Source: Camelus dromedarius | Taxonomy: Eukaryota | NCBI RefSeq assembly: GCF_036321535.1 | Contig: NC_087436.1 | Location: 30,258,001 to 30,322,000 of the forward strand | Direction: 5' to 3' | DNA: 64,000 nt | Part shown: positions 52,901 to 64,000 of the stretch, one piece after another | Position numbering within the stretch: position 1 is the stretch's first letter | Layout of the letters: each line of letters opens with the position of its first letter | Notes under the pieces: generated by a model | The model's input: only the letters and a program-made list of their open reading frames with translations | The model's database searches: none | Told to the model about the DNA's origin: nothing | Position numbers and translations under genes: made by a program

Positions 52901-54199
52901 CCAATAGACTAATACAGCTGGGAATGGATAACTTATTCATGATAAAACATTTTCCAAGGCAAATATCTTTCTTATCTGTGATTCTAGATCTAAAGCATAA
53001 ACATATGTACAAGAAAATAGAGCTTGTCTAATCTCAGAAAACGGCAAACTGGATGGTGGTGATGATTCCACCTCCAGAACAAGTATGGAATCAACAGCAT
53101 CACTGAGCACTCACAATGGCAGCAATGTGGAACGTTGAGTGTCATGAGGAAGGGCTGCAACAGTGACGGGGAGGGTTTCACAGAACTTATATCTCAGTTT
53201 GAACACTTTCCATGAGACAGACTTATAACTGAATTATTTCCCTTTTATTTAATCAGTTTTGATGCATGTTAAGTGAGATTAAATATACCTGCTTCTATGT
53301 GTTGAAGCTGTATTATTGAAATTAAGTAAAGTCTAAAATGCCTATTTACCAGTCATGGTTACTTTTCTTAATTGAAGTCCAGGGAACTAGTAGATTTTAG
53401 AAATGAAAATTGTCCACTCATTTTTTATATTAACTTTTTTTAAGTGAGACAGGGTACAATTATATTTTCTTGTTAGCTACAAGATTGTCCGTGAGTCATT
53501 ATAATTCCTGAATTTATATAACAATGCATCCATAAATGTTTCAACTAAAACTAGAGAAATCATATCATGCATAACTCCATGTTAATATAGTTAATGGTAA
53601 AATCATTCTATTTAAAACAACTTTACATGTGATTAAAATAACCATTTCAAAGCCATAAAGTTTAAAACTAAATTCATTTCGCTCATGCCCAGAAGGCAGT
53701 CACAGTTCATCACATATTTGATGAAAGCTGTATTTGCACATTAACTATTTCATTTTTCCTAACAAAAAAGCCATGTTGGGGGAAACAAAAACCTCTAGGT
53801 GTGAGAATCTTGGAATTCCAGCTGTTCATAAAGGTAAGCCTGTGCAGTCTGGAAGTTTCAATTGTTTCAAAAGTCTCCAATCACATTTTTCCTGTATTAT
53901 TTTCTGGACATTTTATGATACAGCAGTAATAATCAGGTCTTCTTCATTATATGGGTCAAAATGACTAAAATTTTTTATTTTTCTTTATGTTACATGAGAC
54001 AATTAACTTTTCCAAAAATGAAAATAGCAAGAGAATGAATGAAAAGGCAAAACAAGAGGTTTTGAGTAACCAGAGAGAACAGTCTATCCTCCACTGATAT
54101 GACTGGGTCTCTCTGCATCAGAATGGAATGATTGCTTTAATGTTTTGATGGTCATTGCTTAATTTTACATGGAATATTTTTTTATATAACACATTTGCA

Positions 54200-54780
54200 T
54201 GATTGAATCATCCAGTAAAAATTCTCACTTTTCTTCCTGTGCTCCAACAATTCTGGAATTTCCACAGATAACTATATTTGTTTCTTACCTGTCATTCCAA
54301 AGTATCTTTAAAAATTCTTGCATTTTATGTATATATACTTTCCTTCCTTTTTTTATACCCAAAGTAGTGTACTATATAAACACTCCTCTGTTTCTTGCTT
54401 TCTCACTTAATATATTTTAGTCTATTTTCATATAAGTGCACAGAGAGCTTCCTCATTGATTAAAGCAGCACGTTATAACATTATTTGTTATACTGTAAAT
54501 TATTTCAACACTCTCTTGTGGAAAGGCATTTTAGATTATTTTATGTAATTATTGTTTTCGCTTTTACAATGCTGCAATTAATGACCTTAGAAAAGTATAT
54601 ACAAAAGGTATTTCTCAGTTGAGTCAAAAGTGAATCCATTTGTAATTTTAATATTGAAATTGTAATTATAATGAAACTAATGTATCCTCCTTACAGATAC
54701 AATAGTTTGCACTTCCACAAGCATTATAAGAGAATGCCTGTTTCCCAACAGCCACATTAACAGAGCATATTGTCATTTGT
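54200..54780 (-). mobile_element. Ancient L1ME-type 3' region
   Basis: cttgctttctcacttaatatatt...acaatgctgcaattaatgacctt...tttgcacttccacaagcattataagagaatgcctgtttccc. Confidence 0.72.
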
Positions 54781-57700
54781 TTCAGGCCAAAATGGCCTAA
54801 CAGGGACCAGATATACTTCCAGAAACAAGTCTTGTTCCAGCTTTCCTTTGATTAGTGTTAGCATGACTTCCAGTTTTCAGCTTCCTTTAAACCTATAAGA
54901 CCCTATATTTACAATGATATTTGAAGTGAATTTTTCATAGGTGGAATGCAGTGGGTTTTGTTTCAGTTGTCCATTTTCCACCATCAACAAAAAAGATGCT
55001 TCAAGGGAAGAGGAATTAGTGATGATACGTCAGTGAGATGCTGCTTACATTGTAGTATATGTTCTATCTTGAAAAATAGCATGTAACATATGTACTGTCA
55101 TAGAGGAAATGGAATTGTAACCTATGGTTCACCATTTATGTAACTATTTTAATATGCTATCTCCTATTCTGCTCTGGGACATTTCAAAGCAAATTAATTC
55201 TGTTATCCCTTACATCTTATTCTCTTTTGTATTTATTCCACTTTTTACATTGTGACCTATGGCAATATTGTTAAAAACAAATTGTCGGGCTCTGTGATAT
55301 ATTCCTAGTGCTGTAGTCTCCCTCTCCCCTTCCTAATAGTAGTCTCATTTCAACAGGGGACGTGGAGATGAAGGGGCAGATTTGTTACCCTCAGATATTT
55401 TCAATTTCTACACATGTAACATCTTAGGTAAAGTTGGCAGGGGAGCATGAAATCCAATATAACCCCGTCTATTATAAAACACTGTTTTTCACAAGGGTGT
55501 CTGTTTTTAATTGCTAAGTTCAGGCAACTCAGATCCATTGTTGGGGTGAGAAACACTTTTAACACAATTCATGAAGTTTGCAAACTTTTAACCTCTATTT
55601 GTTTTCTTTCTTGAATTAATTAAGGGAAAATTCTTAGTTGGAAGATTAATATTTTTATTATTTAGAAATAACACACTTCTATTTGAAGATTTCAGATTTG
55701 AGTAAAAAAAGATAATAAAGAATTGAAAGTTTGGGCAAGTATTAATAAAGTAGTGCATTTCTGTCTTTCTTGGGACCATGTTATTAACACTGTACATCAT
55801 TTAATCCCCAGGTATTAGAGAAAATTTTTTTAGAGAAAGATGTCCATTTAAACTGACTGGAAATATCTGACATATAATCTACAATTAATTTAAGTTGAAT
55901 ATTAGAAGTCAGCTTCCACCAAAGTGTCATAGAATGACAGAGATTTTTCACAAATATTCAGTTTACACTGAATACATTTGACAATGATACATTGTCAAAA
56001 TTATAGATAATGTATTATTATTATTGTACAAGTATCTCAAGTTTTACTATTTACATAGAATATTTTCCATATGATATACAATATTTATTAATATATTATT
56101 ATAATATATCATATTCTGGTTAATTGTGATTAAAATAACTTTTTACTTAAGGAACACTATGTTACTCCTTTACGACAAAGAAGTACAGGTTATAAATTAT
56201 GCTGAGAAATATTAGCACTTTGCCTACAATAGCTGTGGAAATATATTTATGTATTGTTTGCTTGATTCTTTAGGCTTGATTTTCATGTCCACTTTAATTC
56301 TTTAGCCCATTAATATTTTTAATCCATACCCATATAAAATAATTATACTTTTCTGCTCACTGGCTTAAAAGAAAAAATAGTAAAATACCACTTAAATTGA
56401 TAGCTATAATGCCATAGTCTGGCCAGCCTGTGCCTAAGCGTCACTAGTTTTGAGGATCAGTTACCACCTAAGAAAATTCATTCCATTTTGTGCCATCTGG
56501 TAGCAATGCCTACCTCATGCCTTAACACACACTTTTTAAAAAAATAGAGATCATTTTAGTTAGCTCTGGCATGCATGCCTTTGCCCTCCAAGTTTATTCC
56601 TAAGAACAAAGAAGAAATACCAACATTTAGCATGTTTCTCCCACATGAGCCATTTTTTTCTCTTTTATCTTGTTGTTGTTTGCTCTTAAACATAATCATT
56701 TACTCTAAGCATCTTTAATCAAGTAACTAAGTTTGTCCCCATATTTCAGTTGTGGCCTGTATCAAACAGACTAGTATTGCGTCGGTTTTCAGTTCTAAAA
56801 CATACAACAGCTGATTAAGCTGTAAAGTCTATAGTAATCCCCTTGGACTTTTTTCTGAGAAATGAGTAAGTTTTTATTAAATAGTCATAGTTTCACTAAT
56901 ATTTCAGATAAAGAATATCAAAAATTTACCTGTTATTATAAGTTTATTCCCTAAACTTTAAACTTTGTACTGAAAATATTTATTTTATTTTACTTTGCAT
57001 TGTCAGATAGGGCTCTCAGTAGAGATATGGAACAAAACAAAAAGCCCAGAAAATATGAACCTTAATTAAATAAATTAAATGTATCAATCATTAATAAAAT
57101 GACTCTTCTAATCTAAACTATAGTATGTTATATTATAAAAATAACATACATTCATTTATATGTTCATTTATGACATGAAATAACCTAAAGACATATTTAA
57201 TCTTAACTGTATTTTGAGTCAATCAAATTATGTAGGCATTTTAATCATCATATAGTTTGATCACACTGTATTAAAAACTAATTTAATTTTCTTCAGTATC
57301 TACAATAAAACTTGTATCCTAACAGCAATGAGGAATGGTTAAAATATTTTCTGCAAGGAGTGATAACACTACATTGGATGAGAATAAATCATCAAATTCG
57401 TCAATTATAAAGTGTGAAAACTTATGCCATTATATTTATTATTGCCATCAACTTACTATTAATATTATGGTTGTCATTATTTAGTGAACCACCACTGAAT
57501 CTACTGTTAGAATAAAATAGCAGAGATAGTGTATACGGCTAGGAACAATTACCTCAATGGAGAGATTTTTAATTCTTAAGAGACTTTAAGACAAGGGTCC
57601 TAATGAATCCACTTGGAGGGGCCAGGTTGTTAATGAAAGTAAATGAAAGAGACAAGGTCCGTGACAAGCTGGAAATCACATTTGTATTCTAAAGGACCCA

Positions 57701-59029
57701 ACTAATGCTTGGCTGCATCCTGTCACTTCCACTGCACGATGTCGGCCAATTATAGTCACATCTTACCATCTTTTAAGAGATGCCAGAAACTTATTATTTT
57801 TTCTAACTTCATCTATCCTCATTTTAATGTCTCAAATTATTAAAATAAACAAACAAACACTGTATGGGCCACAGAAAATTATATTTGGAGCAGTCTACTT
57901 GGCCAGTTTCCATGGTGTAAAGCTTCTGACGTGGCAGCTTGAATCTATCAATGTATGTCACTGAACATGGAGCTGAGAAGAGTTTCATGCATATACACTT
58001 TGCCTTCAGGACACCACTCCCAAAGGCACAGATTGCCATCTTAGCTTTAAGAAGCTTTATGAACAGCCACAAGTACCAGGAAGTCTATTAAAGGGGGCCT
58101 GTCTGTGTATCCTTACCTTTGGGAACATGGTAACTTCCACTTTACTCTCTCTAACCTCCTAATCTTCTGACATATCCTTTAGTTCAGATTTGCTTCTTGC
58201 CTTTCTGTATGTGCTGCTGCACTCCTGCCTTCCTACCAGCTCCACATTTTGTGTTTATGGTGATTAGTATCAGTTCGTTTCTCTAGGCCACTTTTACCCA
58301 AAGGTTTCCTGTGTTTGGTTCCCTTTGCCACCCACCAACATATTCAAGACAGCCCTGCCTCTCTTCTAGTCCCAAGCCCAGGGCCAGAGTCTTCTGAACT
58401 TTGCTCAGGAAAGGACAATAGAAAACATACACAATTTTCCACTGAAACACAATTCTTGTCATGATCAAACTGGAATAAACGCCATAAGAAAGGTATGCTT
58501 AGTGTTATGAAAATGTGAAAAGGGACAGCTAGATGTGTCTGAGCAGTGGTTGATAAAGGAAGAAGACATTCTAGGAAGAAGTTGGGTGATCAGCATCTTC
58601 AAGAAAAAGAGTATTAATATTAGTCCACATGATGCATCATTAAATGCACCTTCCTCGTTCACTGACATTACAGCAATTGTAACTTATCTCAAATCCCAAT
58701 TCCATTATGGGAAAAAATGTTTAGCACAAACACACATGCATGTACATCCCCACCCCCAGCCCCACATACCATGAGAGACATTCAACTTGTCATTCTGACC
58801 TAACTACACATAATAAACTAAACAAACTAAAAATCAACAACTCTGCTTAGATAATCTGTTAGAGAATTGAGGTCATAAGAAAAGCTACATGCTCCTTACA
58901 TGCCTAAACAGAAAATAGAAGTCTAGAAGTTTTAATAAAACCCATGGGAAGCAAGTGACTTTTATTTAAAAAAAAATAATAATTATAAAAAAAATTTTTA
59001 AAAATAGCATACACTATGAACAATTTTAA

Positions 59030-59595
59030 CATATAAGGCACTGATGTGAAAAAATATAATTATAACACAATGGTAAGCAAAACACAGTGTTATGAATATA
59101 TATATAATTTCTACAATAATAAAAAATAAATAGCCATTAGGAAAAAATACAGTCAAGTATATGAATAGGCATCTCACAGAAAATGAAACCTAAATACTCA
59201 ATAACATACAAAAATTCTAAAGTAAGAAGTGATCAGAGAAATAAAGATTTAAAAATAAAATGCATTTCTAATAAATCAAAGTGAGAAAAATAAACATCAG
59301 ATATACTTGGTATTGATGAGAAAATGTAGAATCAGGAATTCCCTAACAATGATAGTGTAAATTTACATTGTAAATGACACTATAAACATAAATCTGTCAA
59401 TACCACATAGTGTTAAGGATTTCCAACATACAACCCACCAATATTTATTTCTAAGCAAAGTTTTTTATATTAACTCACAAATGTCCAAGGTAATAGGTTC
59501 AATGATGTTTACTGTAACTTTGATATTTACTATAAAAAATGGCACTAATCTGAATAACCATCAAGAGGAGAATAAGTAAACAAAACGTGATACTG
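59030..59595 (+). mobile_element. Ancient L1 ORF2 C-terminus / 3' region
   Basis: gtatatgaataggcatctcacagaaaatgaaacctaaata...gatcagagaaat...ccatcaagaggagaataagtaaacaaaacgtgatac. Appears to resume at about 60136. Confidence 0.62.
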
Positions 59596-59599
59596 TCAT

Positions 59600-60135
59600 T
59601 TTACAATCGGCAAGTCACTTCTGTCAAAGACCACTAGTACCTTGCCTGTAGCTGAACAAGATGGGTCTACCTCTCATTGCAGCTAGGCAAATCTCACTGT
59701 GGGGAACTGGGGGGTGTCTAGTAAGAAGGCATGAAAAGGAAATCCTATTTGATTTGGATCGTTTAAATGATTTGGGGGAGGGTTCAATGAAACTAAGCTT
59801 TGTCCTCTATCGAAAGCTGTTAGAAAGCAGAATTAATTCCATGATTTAACATCTTAATGAATCTTATCTAGAAGGAGAGGATTACCATGAGACTGAAAAT
59901 ACAGGCAAAGCAGCAGCAGCCACTCATGTTAGCTGGGATAGGGGTATAGGTGGTGTTTTTGTAATTTGTAATAAAAAATTGTTTATTGCCTGTTCCTGCA
60001 TTTGACAGACTTTGCCTTATTTCACCACAGTTATAGTGAGTTCTTAATTGATGTTAATGTTCTATGAAGTTACTAACATTTAAAAGCTCTGAGTGCTAGG
60101 CCAGCTCCTGGATGTCTGCTTTTATCTTCCTCACA
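59600..60135 (-). mobile_element. Old solo LTR inserted into the ancient L1
   Basis: caaagaccactagtac...cactgtggggaactggggggtgtct...tgatttgggggagggttcaa...gctaggccagctcctgg, ending in tcttcctcaca. GC content is higher than the flanks. Confidence 0.6.
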
Positions 60136-61234
60136 TGAAATAAAATATGGAAGCTAAAATAAATGAGAAGTACACACATCAGCTTCTATTTATTGTTGCC
60201 CCTCCTCCTCTTGTAATTTCAACTCCTGTTGTTTTGAAAATTCTGTGTCTGGGTACACTATCTCCCTGCTATAATTAGCTGCTCCCAATCTTGCTGATTT
60301 CAATTAATTTCCAATAACCTTGATTTTTGGTTTCTTTTCTCTCATGTTTGAAAACAAAAAAAAAGTGCTTTAATGTTTAATGATCAAGCCTAAGCTAGTA
60401 AATATATAGCGCTGACTTTGGGTGGTGGGTTAGTAATAATGTGATGATCGTTTTTATTTGAAATTAATTTGAGAAACACCATAGATCTATCTTGGGTCCT
60501 TTGATTGGTTGTATAATGAATATCTTAGCAGATGGTAAGAAATTTTGACTTAATTAAACATATTAAGAATAATTAAATGACTTTGACTTTGAAAATGATA
60601 TTGCTCTTGTCTTCAGTAACTCTCATAAACCACATAAATTAATTGATTAATAGGGAAGGAGGTAGCCCAACTGTATATACACAATTCAGCAATTATGAAT
60701 GTCCATGGTTGTGCCTTGAATTTTTACCCCCACCACACACAATTTTTCCAAGTTTAAGAACGTTGATAAACATATTGAATCGTTGCCAGTATTAGAAAAT
60801 ACCAAAGGAGGCAGAGATTTAGCAATGTCTAGTCTACAATTATTTCTTACTGCTTATTTTACTTACTTATCTTCTAGCACCCAATCCCTAGATGCATAAA
60901 AATGTCATCCTTAGTGAGTTAAACCTGTATAGTGGACATGGCTGTGATTTACTAGCACTGATACTGTAAAAACTATTAATATAATGTTCTCTTTTTGTAT
61001 TTTCAAATGCATGACAATATCCTTTATCTACTCAAAGTATCAATCTTCTTGGGAGTAGCTAAGTGTTTGCTACAGAAGGGGAATTCATAAGAACATCAAG
61101 GTAAAACACAATTTCAGAATTTAAAAATTAACATAAATATTTCCATTCACAACAAAGTAGTGTCTTCTCAAAAGACAGTAACAATGTCTTTCTCACTCCA
61201 TTATTATATCGACTACCTGACTTGCTTCTGAGTT

Positions 61235-61501
61235 TTGGGCAACTACACATGACTTTTATAAACTTGAAATATGGCTAGCACAAATTAGTATGTCTTATAA
61301 GTATAAAATGTGAAATTTGAAGTATCTAATATAAAAAGTATATAAAATGCCTCATTAATGTTTTAAATATGTCAAAACGTTAATTTGGGGGATTGGCTTA
61401 TATAAAATATACTACTAAAATAAACTTTACCTGTTGTCAATGTGTCTATCAAACTTAAAATTACATTATTGATCTCATTGTATTTTTATTTAACAGCACT
61501 T
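61235..61501 (+). mobile_element. MER33-like hAT-Charlie DNA transposon relic
   Basis: acttgaaatatggctag...aagtataaaat...taaaatgcctcattaat...taaaataaactttacctgtt...aaaattacat...tatttttatttaacagcact follows the MER33 consensus as recalled. Confidence 0.75.
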
Positions 61502-61756
61502 GTCCAGACTACAGAGAACTTTTATAAGGAAGATACAGATGTAGAAAGGAAGTGAAAGAAACCAGAACTTGGAGTAACTGAGATGAATAAATTCTCAGTT
61601 GGTATAACTGAACTGAAGAAGAGAAGGAGAAATTGAACAGCAGGGTTTAGGGAAAATACAGAAATAAAAACACAAATGAATACCCATATCCCTTCCTACT
61701 AACATTTAAATTCTATATTAGAAAGAGAATGAATATGACAGTCATGAAGAAAAGTC

Positions 61757-62398
61757 TGCATTGCCTTGACACTAAAGGCAGACAAAGATACCACAAGATC
61801 AGAAATGAAAGCACAATATCCCAGCTGCAGGTAGAGACAAAAACCTTTAGCAAAATACTAGCAAGTAAATCCTACAGAATGTTAAAAGGATTATTCACCA
61901 CGACAAATAAGAACACATCACAGGAATGTACGGTTGGTTCTACACAGGAAAATCAATCAATGTAGCACATTAATAGAATAAAAATAAAAAATAAAAGACT
62001 TGTACATCTCGATTGACATGGAAAAAAAATGGACAAAATCCAACACTTTCATAATAAAATCACCCTGTAAACCCTGAATAAAAAGGAACTTTCTCAGTAT
62101 GGAAAGAGCACTTAGGGAAAACCCCACAACTAAATGTACTCAGTGACGAAAGAATGAAAACTTTCCCCCTAAAATAAGTAACAGGACAAACATGGCACTT
62201 TCACCACCGCCGTCCAGTACTCTACTGGAATTTCAAGCAGGAGCAACTGGGCAAGAAAATAAGTTAATTAATAAATGGCATTCAAATTGCAAAGGAAGAA
62301 TTAAACCTACATCTTAAGAAACTGAAAAAAAGAAGAGGTAACTAAACTAAAGTTAAAAAAGAGGGAAATAATAAAGGTTAGAGTAGAAAATAACAAAA
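61757..62398 (+). mobile_element. L1 ORF2 fragments (RT region, then an out-of-order upstream piece)
   Basis: gcattgccttgacactaaaggcagacaaagat (SITLIPKPDKD-like); KTFSKILA; ggaaaatcaatcaatgta; tactggaatttcaagcaggagcaactgggcaagaaaa. 62312-62398 resembles the post-EN region (LKKLEKEE..KEIIKVR). Confidence 0.8.
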
Positions 62399-62447
62399 CC
62401 CAGAAGTTATGACCTACACACTAGGAAAAACAAAACAAAACAAAATC

Positions 62448-63745
62448 TTTCAGAAGTTTGGAAGTGTTCTCTTGTTCTCGCCTATGCTTTCTTGGGAAGA
62501 ATTTGATAAGAATTGTTATTGATTCTTTCAATGTTCGGTAAAATTCACTGGTAAATTAATTTGGTCTTGGATTTTTTTTTCCCCCTTTGAGGTTATAATA
62601 GCTAATTTAGTCTTTTTCTGTTAAACATTACATCTGGTCATCTGGTCACTTACAGAAGCAATTTGTGTTGCCTGCACCTTTTTTTTTTCCCCTGGTGTAA
62701 AAGTCATAATTTCAGGTTTCTGTGCAAGTTTCAAATTTTTGTTGGAAACTGGACATTTTAATTAGTGTTTTGTTGCAACTCTAGATACTGATCCCCATTC
62801 CTGTCCCCAGGGTTTGTTATTGTTTTTTTGCTTATTTGTTTTTCAGTGACTAGGTAGATTGTTTTAGTGAAGTCTGTTTATTCCTCCCTCACAACGTGGA
62901 CCCTTTGATGTTGTTCTGCTGGGTGAAACAGCTTCAGAAATGCCTCCAGTCTCCTGGGATGCCAATGGTATTGATAGGGCTTTCCTTCTCTCTTTCTCTG
63001 ACCACATTCCGCTGTTAAATGCCCTTAATGGTGGGCAGATTACTCAACTGTTTTCAGCAATGCCCTGGAGCATAAATTCCTCTACAAACCAACTCAATTA
63101 AGTTTTGGCTGTCCTGAAGGGTTAGTTTCTGAGGCCCCTTGTTGATATCTATTTTGACTCCAGGATTTCTCCCCGCAGCAGTGTCATTACCTGATTCTAC
63201 CCTGCAATCTAGCCAGTTTAATGTCTGGACTGTATCTTCATTAAGTCCATGAATCTCATCCCAGTTGCCTTGTGCCATTCCACGGTTTTTCAGCACTTTA
63301 TGCTTAAATTTCCCCATATTCTGTGAGAAATAAAGGCAGTTGCTTTGGAAAGAGATTAGGAACTATGTATTTTAGGGTGTGCCTCTTCCCCTAGGCAAAA
63401 TCTGAGCCTGGGCTCTGGAGCTTGGGGTGGGGACTATGTCAGGCTACTTTCTGAGTGGCACCTACTCTGTCGATTACGAACCGAGTTTGGGTAGAGGGTA
63501 GGACTACTGTACTAAGGTCCTCTCGACTTGCCTCTCCCAGTTTGGAAAGGTCACCATGTGATCTGGGGCAAGGGCAATTGAGGCTTTGTACTGGCATGTG
63601 CTAAGCCTCCGTTCCATGAATGTCACCATTCATAAAAAAGAAAACTCTACCACTCAACCATACTAACCTGTGACTTAGCCTCAGCAACAAGTACCTAGGG
63701 ATGGATGAGAAGTGCTGAAGTCCTGCACCTCCCAGAATAAAAGCC
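62448..63745 (-). mobile_element. Old L1, minus strand: ORF2 piece (62448-62600) and 5' region (62680-63745)
   Basis: The reverse complement of 62448-62580 resembles [33 protein letters not shown]. ttgttggaaactggacatttt...gcaactctagatact...tgcttatttgttt...agtgact resembles antisense L1M 5' ends. Confidence 0.7.
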
Positions 63746-63749
63746 TTCT

Positions 63750-64000
63750 TGTTATGGTAACGACAGGCCAGTCAAGAAACAAGCACCACTCGGAGGGTTG
63801 GAGTACTCAGATGTATTACACCGGCGGGCTCAGAGGGGCTTCTGCTCCGAAGCTCTGAGCACCTCCAAGACGTGCGCATGAGGTTTTATAGGGTAAAGTA
63901 CAAGCTTGGGGTATTCGGCCAGTAGGCATGGAACAGCTTTAGCAGCATTATCATCACAAAGGTGGAGGCGGGGAGGCAGCAAACCAACATTCCAAAGCCA
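63750..64000 (-). mobile_element. Young CpG-rich LTR (ERV1-like), U5/R/part of U3, truncated by the window end
   Basis: The minus strand ends ...ccataaCA at 63750. TATAAAA on the minus strand at 63884-63890. AATACA at 63812-63817, where a poly-A signal is expected. Many intact CpGs. Confidence 0.75.

Overview
This is AT-rich, CpG-poor mammalian genomic DNA, intronic or intergenic. I recognised no protein-coding gene, true RNA gene or CRISPR-like array. The tRNA-Ala-derived SINE at 48.4 kb and the artiodactyl-type L1 3' tails suggest a camelid (inference from recalled consensus sequences). The window is a layered record of transposons. It holds ancient L2, MIR and hAT relics, old L1M-type LINEs, MaLR/ERVL LTRs, three decayed ERV-L-type internal regions (20-32 kb), younger L1 copies, one young SINE with a 14-bp TSD, and a young CpG-rich LTR cut off by the window end. 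The ORFs in the supplied track are L1/ERV remnants or chance ORFs. The most notable structures are a 5'-inverted (twin-priming-like) L1, a locally inverted L1, an internally deleted L1, a fold-back duplication, an MLT2 with two right ends, and a weak pair of candidate exons. I found no convincing novel biological system. Family names come from recognition by eye, not database searches, and most boundaries are approximate.
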